Assembly (NCBI GenBank): GCA_965203175.1
Contig: OZ241867.1
Location: 1,184,001-1,248,000, forward strand
Length of the DNA: 64,000 bases
Source of the DNA: Candidatus Latescibacterota bacterium
GTDB lineage: Bacteria; Latescibacterota; UBA2968; UBA8231
Reading direction: 5' to 3'
Below the pieces are notes generated by a model, which saw only the letters and a program-made list of their open reading frames with translations, was not told where the DNA came from and did no database searches. A program made the position numbers and the translations under genes. The first letter of the stretch is position 1. Each line of letters opens with the position of its first letter. Positions 1-9,171 of this stretch are shown one piece after another.

Positions 1-2
1 CC

Positions 3-2480
3 TGGGACCCCAATGTTCTCGTAGTTGACGTCGATGTCGATGGCCAGCTCGATATCGTCGTAGCCACCCACTACCGCATCCTCGTCTTCGACGGAGCCAC
101 CGGGGAGACCAAGATGCAGTTGCAGTACCACGGGTACCGCAACTACGGCTGGTTCGGAGCTGCCAACATCGACGACGATCCGTATCCCGAATTCGGCGTG
201 GTGGCCGATTTCAGCATGCACTCCGAGATCATTGACAACGACGGGACAGCGTTGACGCTACGCTGGCTGCGCGACATTCAGCCCGACCCATCGCAATCGA
301 CCAAGGTAGTGCGGCCCAAACCGCAGGCCCTAGTCGATGTGGACGGCGATGGACGCTTCGAGTTGGTGTACAGCATTTACAACGACCAAGGCGACGGCCA
401 GTGGCACATCGTCGGCGTCGATGCGCTCAGCGGCGAGACCAGCTTTGATTTCTCCCAGCACCATTTGCACGGTATGGCCGATGTGGATGGCGACGGGCGC
501 TTGGAACTGTTCGTCTCGGCCACGAGCGGCGAGGCTCTGCCGACTTATGCGCCGCTGGCGGTCTGGTCTTTGGAGGCAGGAGCGGCAACCGTGCGTTGGA
601 GCCACGAGCGGGGGCGCTTCAGTACGGTATTGCTGAATCAATTGCCCTTGACGGTGAGCACCGGGGCGGCCGACGGATTGCGCACAGTCTCGACCGGCGA
701 TGTGGATGGCGATGGGCGGCGCGACTTCTTTGCGCTCGCGCCGGATGGCGCAGGTGAAGTGTTGACCGCTTTGGGCAGCGACGGCGCGGGACGTATTGAA
801 GCGCGGTGGTCTGTGCGCGGTCCCGCCGGGATGGCCCTAGAGACGGCGGCGGTGGCGGACGATGGAGCGGCTTTGCTGTATCTAAAGGGGAGTGGGCTCC
901 CTAATCAAACGCTGATGCTAGAGCGGGCATCGGGAGAACTGCACCAGTGGAGTCGCCAAGCATTTACCCCGGCTGGCGCACCAATAGTGGCCGATCTAGA
1001 AGGCGATGGCCGGGTGGAAGTGGTCGTGCAGACCGCGACTCGGGAAGTGCTGTGCCTGCAAGCTCCAGGGGTGGGCGAGGGCGAGCCCAGACTGCGGTGG
1101 CAGGTGCCGGGCTACGGCCAGACCAATAACGCGCCTTATCACTGGGGACTAGTCGCCGCCGACGTGGATGGCGATGGCCGCCGGGAAGTGCTGGCGGCGC
1201 GCGAGGCGGCCAGCGGCAACGCCAGCTTGGTGGCGCTCGCGACCGATGGCTCCGTCCGCTGGCAGACCGAGTTCGTCGGTTTTGACGGCAGTATGCCTAT
1301 ATGGAACTTCAGCGGTCTGTCCTACTGGGGCGTCGGGTATTTCCGCAGCAACGAGTACCTGGATGTATTCGCCAGCCTGCGGCGCGGCAAGTTGGGCAGC
1401 GAAGTGGGCTTTTTGCTCGACGGGCGCAGCGGCGAAATCGTCTGGGAATCCAAGGGTTTCATCCTGCCCGAGAACGGTAGCGGCCGCAGTCTGGGCGGGC
1501 ATCCCAGCGCTGCGGGGGATGTGGACGGCGACGGTCTGGAGGAAATCGTGGTGATGTGGCCCGACCGGCTGCACATTGTCGATGGAGTCGCGGGCGCGGC
1601 GCAGGTGGTGCGTCAGGCTTATGGCGACGGACTCAATCCGCTGTTTGAGAGCGATTCCTTTGTCGGCTACGCGTTTCCGGCGGTAGTCGATTTGTTCGGC
1701 GACAGCCGGCCGGAACTCCTCTGGGGGCACTGCAGCTATTTGAACGCCGTTCTAAACGGCGACGGCGAGCGCATCTGGCAGACCCCGTACCGCAACAACA
1801 CGGAAGTGCGATCGCTGATGGGAGTGGGCGACAGCGACGGCGACGAGACCTTGGAATTACTGGCTTCCACCGCCGAGGGCGTGCGCCTGTTTCAAGCGGC
1901 GGACGGCGCGATTTTGTTGGAGTTCGACGATGGAGTGCGGGCCCATACGGACGTGGTCTCCGGCGATGTGGACGGCGATGGGCGCGACGAGTTCCTGTTT
2001 GGCAGCGGCACCAAATTGATCTGCGTGGAACAGGAGGAAGGCACCCTGCGCCGGGCCTGGACTCTCGAGGTGGAGGGTCGCAGCAGCGATATCGCCTTGG
2101 CCGATGCGGATAGGGACGGCTTTTTGGATGCGGTGGTGACGACCACGGACGGCTATGTAAAGGCGTATATGGGGGAAACCGCTGCCACTGCCGTACAAGC
2201 TGTGGAGAACACGCCGCAAAAAACGCATCTACTGCTGCCTTATCCCAATCCATTCAACAGCCGGGTGAATATCGATTTCAGCGTGGGGCAGGCCGGCAAG
2301 GTGCGGCTGGAGGTTTTCGGCCCAACTGGACAGCGGGTGAAAACGCTGGTAGAGGCGTGGCGCAAACCAGGGGCTTATCAGGTGCTCTGGGACGCGAGCG
2401 AGCTCGCCAGCGGGGTGTACCTTGTGCGCTTGCAAACGGGCGATATTGCGCAGGAGCGCAAGGTGTCGCTGGTCAAGTGA
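3..2480 (+). CDS. FG-GAP/VCBS (integrin-like) repeat secreted protein with C-terminal FlgD-Ig/T9SS-type sorting tail; 5' end lies outside the window
   Basis: Frame is open from base 3 (WDPNVLVVDVDVDGQLDIVV...). More than 10 DxDGDGxx(D/E) repeats. C-terminal PYPNPFN...WDASELASGVYLVRL tail. Confidence 0.85.
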   Translation, partial: WDPNVLVVDVDVDGQLDIVVATHYRILVFDGATGETKMQLQYHGYRNYGWFGAANIDDDPYPEFGVVADFSMHSEIIDNDGTALTLRWLRDIQPDPSQSTKVVRPKPQALVDVDGDGRFELVYSIYNDQGDGQWHIVGVDALSGETSFDFSQHHLHGMADVDGDGRLELFVSATSGEALPTYAPLAVWSLEAGAATVRWSHERGRFSTVLLNQLPLTVSTGAADGLRTVSTGDVDGDGRRDFFALAPDGAGEVLTALGSDGAGRIEARWSVRGPAGMALETAAVADDGAALLYLKGSGLPNQTLMLERASGELHQWSRQAFTPAGAPIVADLEGDGRVEVVVQTATREVLCLQAPGVGEGEPRLRWQVPGYGQTNNAPYHWGLVAADVDGDGRREVLAAREAASGNASLVALATDGSVRWQTEFVGFDGSMPIWNFSGLSYWGVGYFRSNEYLDVFASLRRGKLGSEVGFLLDGRSGEIVWESKGFILPENGSGRSLGGHPSAAGDVDGDGLEEIVVMWPDRLHIVDGVAGAAQVVRQAYGDGLNPLFESDSFVGYAFPAVVDLFGDSRPELLWGHCSYLNAVLNGDGERIWQTPYRNNTEVRSLMGVGDSDGDETLELLASTAEGVRLFQAADGAILLEFDDGVRAHTDVVSGDVDGDGRDEFLFGSGTKLICVEQEEGTLRRAWTLEVEGRSSDIALADADRDGFLDAVVTTTDGYVKAYMGETAATAVQAVENTPQKTHLLLPYPNPFNSRVNIDFSVGQAGKVRLEVFGPTGQRVKTLVEAWRKPGAYQVLWDASELASGVYLVRLQTGDIAQERKVSLVK

Positions 2481-2516
2481 ACCAAGGCGTGAAGAAACAT
2501 CAAAATCCGTCCGCAA

Positions 2517-3113
2517 CTACTTCAAACAGCCCTGCACGGCCGCCCGGTAGCTCTCCAAGCCCGGCGTCTTTAATCCCTTTTCTTTGGCCAAGTCGTCCCA
2601 TTTGCGCAACTGCACGGCACTTTCCCAATGAGGATTCTGTTCAAACGCCGCCTTTTCTTCGGCCGACATGAAGCCGCCCTGCAACTCAAAACTCCGCTTG
2701 GACGCCCGAGACAAGGTCTGGTAATAGGACCTATCCACCGTGCAGATATAGCGCTTGGCCGGCACGTGCAGCCCGACCGGCTCGGTCACTGCGTCGACGA
2801 AAAAGGGTTCCAGATACTCGGCTCCCACTTCTTCGTGCAGTAAATCCTCGGTGAGGAAATCGGCCTCTTCGCTGTGCTCATCGACTAGGAAGTGACCCAG
2901 ATCGTGCAGCAGAGCTGCCGCCACTTGCACCGAATCGGCCCCGGCCTGTTGGGCTTGGTGGGCGCATTGCAGGGCGTGTTCGAGTTGGGTCACGACTTCG
3001 TCGTAAAAGGACTGGCCCCGCCGCTCCATGTACGCGAATAAAGCATCGACTTTCTGGGCCGGCGTGCCTTGGGCCAGTTCTCTGGCTAGGGAGGGATCTA
3101 CGAGGGTATTCAT
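2517..3113 (-). CDS. HD-domain diiron oxygenase/phosphohydrolase, PhnZ/TmpB-like
   Basis: Motifs EHALQCA, AALLHDLGH, HEEVGA, LHVPAKRY, LRKWDDLAK are typical of the PhnZ/TmpB HD family. Confidence 0.8.
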   Translation of the reverse strand: MNTLVDPSLARELAQGTPAQKVDALFAYMERRGQSFYDEVVTQLEHALQCAHQAQQAGADSVQVAAALLHDLGHFLVDEHSEEADFLTEDLLHEEVGAEYLEPFFVDAVTEPVGLHVPAKRYICTVDRSYYQTLSRASKRSFELQGGFMSAEEKAAFEQNPHWESAVQLRKWDDLAKEKGLKTPGLESYRAAVQGCLK

Positions 3114-3269
3114 GGCGTTGTGGTCTTTCCTTGAAGATGGTCGATTTTGCTAATCAGGTGGAAACGTCGATCCTTAACATTGTTACTAAACTACCTTTAT
3201 TTTTTAGTTCGCTCACTCCTAAGAGAACCGACATCAAGTAGCGCACTAACAACCAACTGGAGGAAATGT

Positions 3270-4223
3270 ATGGCCCGGTATCTTCTGAGTCTATCCCTAA
3301 TCGTCGCGCTGCTAAACGCCGCCAGCGCCCAAAACCCACCCGCCGATGACCCCTTCGCCTTCGCACTGATCGCGGATATGCCATACTCTCCGACCGACAG
3401 CGTCCGCTTTGGGCGGCTCGTCGAGGAAATCAATCGGGCCGAGGACTTGGAATGGGTCATCCACGTGGGCGATATCAAAGGCGGCAGCAGCCCCTGTAGC
3501 GATGGCTTGCTACAAAGCCGCTTCGAGTGGTTCCAACAATTTGAACGCCCTTTTATTCTGGCTCCGGGCGACAACGATTGGACCGACTGCCACCGGAGTG
3601 GATACCAGCCGCTGGACCGGCTGGCGCATGTGCGGGCGCTCTTTTTTCCGCGTCCAGGTTGGACTATAGGCCAGCATCCCATGCGCGTCGGGACCCAAGG
3701 AGGCACCTTCCCCGAGCACGTGCGCTGGACCCACGGGCGGACGAGTTTTGCCGTGCTGCACATCGTCGGCAGTCACAACGCCACCGCCAAGTTTGAAGGC
3801 CGCGCTCAAGCTAACGACGAGGAAGTCAAAAGCCGCACCAACGCCGCCATTGCCTGGATGCGCGAAACATTCGCCGAGGCCGCGGAACAGGACCATCGCG
3901 CCGTTTTCCTCATCATCCACGCCAACCCGCGCTTTGAGAGACGCGAAGACGAGCCGGACGGGCCATACGCGGCTTTTTTGCAGGCCCTAGAGCAAGAAGT
4001 CGTCCGCTTTGGCCGGCCGGTGGCCCTAGCCCACGGCGACTCCCACTATTTCCGCGTGGACAAGCCCCTGCGCCAAGCGGCCACAGGCCAGCGCTTGACG
4101 CGCTTCACGCGCATCGAACCCTTCGGCACGCCTGACATCCACTGGCTACGGGTGATCGTCGATCCAGACGAGACCGAAATTTTCCAAGTCCATATCGAAA
4201 TCGTCGAAGCCAATCTCGACTGA
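3270..4223 (+). CDS. Secreted calcineurin-like metallophosphoesterase
   Basis: Start at ATG 3270 after GGAGG. Signal peptide. Motifs ADMPY, HVGDIK, PGDNDWTDC, HGDSH. Confidence 0.8.
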   Translation: MARYLLSLSLIVALLNAASAQNPPADDPFAFALIADMPYSPTDSVRFGRLVEEINRAEDLEWVIHVGDIKGGSSPCSDGLLQSRFEWFQQFERPFILAPGDNDWTDCHRSGYQPLDRLAHVRALFFPRPGWTIGQHPMRVGTQGGTFPEHVRWTHGRTSFAVLHIVGSHNATAKFEGRAQANDEEVKSRTNAAIAWMRETFAEAAEQDHRAVFLIIHANPRFERREDEPDGPYAAFLQALEQEVVRFGRPVALAHGDSHYFRVDKPLRQAATGQRLTRFTRIEPFGTPDIHWLRVIVDPDETEIFQVHIEIVEANLD

Positions 4224-4291
4224 GCCTAGGTCAGCGGTAAAGCCGCCCCTGTACACGATCATTGGGGCCGTGTTTTCTACCATCCGTTGCG

Positions 4292-4552
4292 CTAAGATCG
4301 ATATGCGTCTCGACGATGAGCGAGGCGAAAGACAGTAACACGCTGATTGGCGTCGTCAATCTCGTAAAGAATGCGATAGTCACCCACTCTAATTCGCCAT
4401 GAGTTTGGGCGGCCAACTAGCTTTTCTACTCCTAAAGGACGTGGTTCTGACTCTAAGTGAAGGAGGTGCTGATTTATGCGTTGACGAATAGGATCTTGTA
4501 GGCGTCGGCGTTCTCGTTCTGCCGCTGAACGCAGATAAACAGCATAAGCCAT
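4292..4552 (-). CDS. Type II toxin, RelE/ParE family
   Basis: 86 aa with PRPLGVEKL...WRIRVGDYRILYEIDD...HRRDAYR signature. Confidence 0.9.
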   Translation of the reverse strand: MAYAVYLRSAAERERRRLQDPIRQRINQHLLHLESEPRPLGVEKLVGRPNSWRIRVGDYRILYEIDDANQRVTVFRLAHRRDAYRS

Positions 4553-4554
4553 TG

Positions 4555-4809
4555 TTAAGGAGCTTCTCCGGTCTCACGAAGAAGATCTCGCAAAGGCCGG
4601 GCTTCGCCATTTTCCTCATTAGCTTCTTCCATTAACAGAGCATCAACCACATTCTGCAGATGCAGAGGGAGCGTCTCCCAATCGGTTTCCCGAGCGATCT
4701 TTTGCAGTAAGGCCTTGAAGTCATCATATCCAAGTATCACTTCAATGATCTCGCCTGAGTCATCATATACCCATTTGGGGAAACGAGATTTTTCGATCAT
4801 GCTCGCCAT
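4555..4809 (-). CDS. Putative cognate antitoxin
   Basis: Small acidic ORF ending 2 nt upstream of the toxin start, same strand. Confidence 0.7.
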   Translation of the reverse strand: MASMIEKSRFPKWVYDDSGEIIEVILGYDDFKALLQKIARETDWETLPLHLQNVVDALLMEEANEENGEARPLRDLLRETGEAP

Positions 4810-4896
4810 AGTATCCTCAATCTGGAGAGAGAAGCGATCCTCCGAAGCAAACGTAAGCTTCTATTTTGAAAATACAATACGAACTCTGTCAAGATT

Positions 4897-6114
4897 TTAC
4901 GCGATGTCGATGATCTCTGGGGGCGTGGCGTAACCACCGGGGATGTGAACGGTGCGCCACTCCGGCGCATCGCGACGCGGCAGCGACAGGGCTGGCTCGC
5001 CCTTGCAGCTCAAGCGGTATAGCAGCCGAGCATCGTCGAGCGAGTTGATATTCGACTTGAGCGGCGGCGAGTTGTGCAGGGTCATGTAGTTGTCCCACAG
5101 CGTTACATCGCCCGGCGCGTGCGGGTGGTCGTAGCGGAACTGCGGCTGCAGCACGTGCGCTTCGAGCCGGTCGAGGAACGCGCGCGATGCTTCCGCGGAC
5201 ATCCCTTCCACCTCGATCGCCGGCCGCACCCGTGGCCGCGACGCCCAGATTGGACTGTGCAGGGACTTGATGCCAGAGCGCGGGTTGGTGCGCACCAGCG
5301 GAGCCAGCCAGCCTTCGTCGCCCTCGTTCAACCGCCGCCGCAACTGAACTTGTTCCAGAGCCGTCTGCTCTGTCGGCGGCAGTGCCGCAAAGGCCCCCGC
5401 AGTGTCGGCAAAGGCCGTCTCGCCGTTCAACGGCAGGCGCTTGCGCAGCCGCATGAGTTCGCGGTCCGAGCCTTCGTAGTACGGATGAGCCTTGCCGTCG
5501 TCGGGTGCCTGCACCCAATTCCCGCCCGGGGCATCGCGCGCCACCGGCGACTTGTGAGCGAGGAACATCGAGACGTAGATTGGCAAAGGCTCGTACTCAA
5601 TGTCCGTGTGCCACGAGCCACCCTGCGTCACCGCGACGGGTGCAGCACTGCGCTCTCCCCGAAAGTTGGCCACTACCAGCACCGCAGGCGACTCGTGCGG
5701 CAGACATTGCAGTTGGCCGGGGAAGGCGGCGTTGACCGCAGCGGCCGTGCGCCGTTCAAAGGGAATCAACTCAAAGGGACCGTCGCTGTCGCCATCTTGC
5801 TGGGCCGGTTTGCCCCCGCGCATGAAGTTGTTGGGATGGGGCACCGGCGCGCCCCAGTGGTTGGCGAAGCGCTCGAAGTGGGCAAGGGAAAAGGCTTCCA
5901 AGTCCTGCCCGGCAATGCTGACGATGCGAAACTGGCTCAGGGCGTCCAGCAGAAAGGCGACTTGCTCGGGATTGAGCGAGCGGCACAGATCGATACCCGT
6001 GAAGCGCCGCCCGGCACCGCTGGCGGCCAGCGGACCCTCGCTGCAGGCATTCGTGCCGAATAACCCGCGCAGCCTTTTATCGAACGGTTCTGTCTTTTGG
6101 CCCATGTGCTCCAT
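4897..6114 (-). CDS. TauD/TfdA family Fe(II)/2-oxoglutarate dioxygenase
   Basis: WHTD (HxD), GETAFAD, PLVRTNPRSG, WDNYMTLH...LYRLS motifs. Confidence 0.85.
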   Translation of the reverse strand: MEHMGQKTEPFDKRLRGLFGTNACSEGPLAASGAGRRFTGIDLCRSLNPEQVAFLLDALSQFRIVSIAGQDLEAFSLAHFERFANHWGAPVPHPNNFMRGGKPAQQDGDSDGPFELIPFERRTAAAVNAAFPGQLQCLPHESPAVLVVANFRGERSAAPVAVTQGGSWHTDIEYEPLPIYVSMFLAHKSPVARDAPGGNWVQAPDDGKAHPYYEGSDRELMRLRKRLPLNGETAFADTAGAFAALPPTEQTALEQVQLRRRLNEGDEGWLAPLVRTNPRSGIKSLHSPIWASRPRVRPAIEVEGMSAEASRAFLDRLEAHVLQPQFRYDHPHAPGDVTLWDNYMTLHNSPPLKSNINSLDDARLLYRLSCKGEPALSLPRRDAPEWRTVHIPGGYATPPEIIDIA

Positions 6115-6156
6115 CTATTGGCGGTAGAGAAGGCCGTACAATGCTTCTCTGCATTT

Positions 6157-9100
6157 TTATCGCGATCCCTCGCGGTTCCCCCGGCGCCTCCGCGGAGGAG
6201 CGGTGCTGGAGTCTGCGTCCGCCTGCCCTGCGGCGGCCTCAGTGTACTCTCTGAGCAATTCGTCGAGAGCCTCGGAGGTATCCAAGTAGTTGGACAATTG
6301 ATAAGGCGTGATGTCATAGCGCCAAACCCTCACCAGCGGGTCCGCCCCCCGTGCCAAAAGCAGGCGTGCCATCTCTAGCTGGTTGGCCATGACGGTTTTG
6401 TGCAAGGGCGTACTACCTCGGTCGAAACGCCTAAACCCACCAGCCAGCCCATTGATATCCACACCGCGATCCAGCAAAAATTCCGCCGCTTCCAACGCGC
6501 CGCTATAGGCCGCAAAATTGAGCGCTTCCACCATAATCTGCTCGGCGGTGAGCACGGTATCTGGGTCGGGATGGTACAGATGGCCGACCCCCTCTTTTAG
6601 CTGGCCCTCGGCGTCGAAGAACTCGGCCATCAGATCGACGCGGTTGACACCAGCAGCAAAGCGCAAATCCACGGCCGCTCCCTCGGCGACCAACATGCGC
6701 GCCAGATCTAACTCCCTCTCCCTAAGCGCGTCCCATAAAATTTGGCCCCGGTTGCGGTTCACATCCACGCCGTTGGTCACTAGGAGCTGGATCATTTCTG
6801 GCTTGCTCTCGGCCCATTCGAGCGGATCGCTTTCTATGAACAGATCCAGCACAAAGATCGAGTCGTACGTAGCGGCGTTCGGGTCGGCACCTGCTGAGAT
6901 CAGAGCCGCGGCTAGTTCAACCGCGTTTTCGGGCAACGGCACTCGTTGCGGCTCGCCGGCTAGATGGTGCAAGAGCGTGGCCCCGCGGAAGAACGGATAT
7001 TCGTAGTACTCGTCGAAATAGCCGCGCGCCATCGCTAGCTCGGGGTACTCAGTGAGCAGCTTCTGTAGCGTCTCGCTGTCGCCGGCGTCCATGGCCTCCA
7101 CGGCCTTGTAAAAGGCTTTGTGGTCGGCGTCGCCGCGATCGCGGCCTTGGGGCGGCAGTTCTTCTCCCTCGTGCGGAATGGCCAACGCCACTAGCTCAGG
7201 CGGACGCCCGGACCGGCCTAGACGGTTGCCCAACGGCACGACTACGTATTGGCGGCCACCGGCCGCATAGCTCATCGGCGCACCGTAGGCATTGCTGGGC
7301 ATCTCGACGCGGCCGATCTCCTCGCCCGACGCCAAATCGTACGCCCGCAGGTACGCGTCGCGATCGACGAAGTAATCCCTATTCCTGCGGGTAGCTCGCG
7401 GGGCTTCCGAAGTGGCCAACAGAAGGTTCGGCGTGGCCAAGACAAAAGTCCGGTTGTCCCAGCCCATATCCGGCAGGTCGAGCCCTTTGAGCGCCGGATG
7501 ATCGACCGGGCCCTTACCTACCGTCGTCCGCCATGTATGCTCGCCGCTGTTGAGGTCAATGGCGGTAATGCTGCCATACGGGGGCTTGACCAGCGGTAGA
7601 CCTCGGGGGCCGATGACATATTCGTCGGCGCGGGCAGAAAACGCCGAATGAGCCTCCGGGTCGTCTACCCGACGCAACTGCACGGTAGTGATGGCCATGT
7701 GCGACGGCACGTACAGCACACCCGTGCGTGGGTCCGCCGCGCCTCCAGCCCAGTCGGCCCCGCCTGCTTGGCCGGGAACCGACAAGACTTCCTTCTCCGT
7801 CGGCGGCGTGTAGAGCGGACCGTAGTCGTATTCGGCGAGAATGGCCTTGGCTTCCTCGCGCAACTCAGGCGTAAAGTCGATCAGGTCGTCCTCGCTGATA
7901 CCCTGGCGCTCAAAGGGTGCCGGCTTGGTCGGAAAAGGCTGCGTCGGCGAGGTCTTTTCCCACGCTACCTGCGACTGCGGCACCGGCTTTTCCTCAATCG
8001 GCCAGATCGGCTCGCCGGTTATGCGGTCAAAGACAAAGCAAAAGGCCTGTTTGGTTAGCTGGGCGACGATCTTGCGCGGTTGGCCATCGACGACCACGTC
8101 CAACAGCAGGGGAACAGCCGGCGGGTCGTAGTCCCACAAGCCGTGATGGACGAGTTGATAGTGCCATACCCGCTCGCCGGTCTCGGCCTTCAGGCAGACG
8201 ACCGACTCGCTGAACAGGTTGTCGCCGGGGCGCTCGCCGCCGTAGTAGTCGTGGCTGGCCGTACTCACCGGCAGGTAGAGGTAGCCCAACTCCTCGTCGG
8301 CCGTCATCGTCGCCCAGACATTGGCCGCGCCGTAGGTCTTCCACGCATCGCTTTCCCACGTCTCGTTGCCGTATTCGCCTTCCTGCGGAATCGTGTGAAA
8401 TTCCCACACTTTCTCGCCGGTGCGCGCGTCGAAGGCCTGCACATCGCCTGGGGGCATGTATTCGGGCGGCGGCCTGAAGCGCACATCCATGATCGCCGAG
8501 CCAACGGCGACCACATCGCGACAGATCACGGGCGGAGCCGTAACTCCGTAGTCCCTGCGCTCCTCTTCACTCAGCGGCCGGCGCAGCAAGGCTCCCAAAT
8601 CGACGCGGCCGTCCTCGCCAAAATTGGGGTCGGGCAGGCCGGTCTTGGCGTCTATGGAGTACAGATAGGCGGTCGAAGTCGCCAAAAACACCCGCTCGAC
8701 CTCGCCATCGGTCCAATAGCTCACCCCGCGCGAATTGCCCGCGAAAGTGGAACTGGCCTTCCAAGATTCTGGGTCGAACGCCCACAGTTCCTCGCCGCTT
8801 TGGCCGTCAATCGCCGAGAGGATGTTGTATGGCGAGCCGTAGTAGAGCACGCCATTAACGGCCAGCGGCGTGCCGCGATTGTTGCTGAAGCCAAGGCGAA
8901 AACCCCCGCGCCGCCGATCACCCCGACCCCGACCTCGGTCCCGGCTTCGGTTAGCTCTCGCCGTCTCGTAGATCTGCTGGTCGCGGGGCCGGTAGCGCCA
9001 GATCACGCGCAACTGATCGAAATTGTCTCGATTGATCTGGTCCGCTGGGGTGTAGCGGGTGCCGCCCTGATCGGCTCCGTAATACGGCCAATCGACCTCG

Positions 9101-9171
9101 TCGGCAAACGCCGCTGTCGCGAGCGACAGCGACAACAAAACCGACAAGGCGCGATAGGCGCGTTTATTCAT
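6157..9171 (-). CDS. PQQ-dependent (Gcd-like) dehydrogenase fused to C-terminal ankyrin repeats, paralog 1
   Basis: Signal peptide. DWPYYG..GGTRY, WHYQLVHHGLWDYD, PTQPFPTKP and KPPYGSITAIDL motifs. C-terminal GATLLHH, GADPN, GSTPLH ankyrin motifs. Confidence 0.85.
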   Translation of the reverse strand: MNKRAYRALSVLLSLSLATAAFADEVDWPYYGADQGGTRYTPADQINRDNFDQLRVIWRYRPRDQQIYETARANRSRDRGRGRGDRRRGGFRLGFSNNRGTPLAVNGVLYYGSPYNILSAIDGQSGEELWAFDPESWKASSTFAGNSRGVSYWTDGEVERVFLATSTAYLYSIDAKTGLPDPNFGEDGRVDLGALLRRPLSEEERRDYGVTAPPVICRDVVAVGSAIMDVRFRPPPEYMPPGDVQAFDARTGEKVWEFHTIPQEGEYGNETWESDAWKTYGAANVWATMTADEELGYLYLPVSTASHDYYGGERPGDNLFSESVVCLKAETGERVWHYQLVHHGLWDYDPPAVPLLLDVVVDGQPRKIVAQLTKQAFCFVFDRITGEPIWPIEEKPVPQSQVAWEKTSPTQPFPTKPAPFERQGISEDDLIDFTPELREEAKAILAEYDYGPLYTPPTEKEVLSVPGQAGGADWAGGAADPRTGVLYVPSHMAITTVQLRRVDDPEAHSAFSARADEYVIGPRGLPLVKPPYGSITAIDLNSGEHTWRTTVGKGPVDHPALKGLDLPDMGWDNRTFVLATPNLLLATSEAPRATRRNRDYFVDRDAYLRAYDLASGEEIGRVEMPSNAYGAPMSYAAGGRQYVVVPLGNRLGRSGRPPELVALAIPHEGEELPPQGRDRGDADHKAFYKAVEAMDAGDSETLQKLLTEYPELAMARGYFDEYYEYPFFRGATLLHHLAGEPQRVPLPENAVELAAALISAGADPNAATYDSIFVLDLFIESDPLEWAESKPEMIQLLVTNGVDVNRNRGQILWDALRERELDLARMLVAEGAAVDLRFAAGVNRVDLMAEFFDAEGQLKEGVGHLYHPDPDTVLTAEQIMVEALNFAAYSGALEAAEFLLDRGVDINGLAGGFRRFDRGSTPLHKTVMANQLEMARLLLARGADPLVRVWRYDITPYQLSNYLDTSEALDELLREYTEAAAGQADADSSTAPPRRRRGNREGSR

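Noticed and set aside
3173-3205. Pho-box-like repeats between the HD gene and the phosphoesterase
   Set aside because: Only one convincing half-site (CTTAACAT); the 11-bp periodicity is weak.
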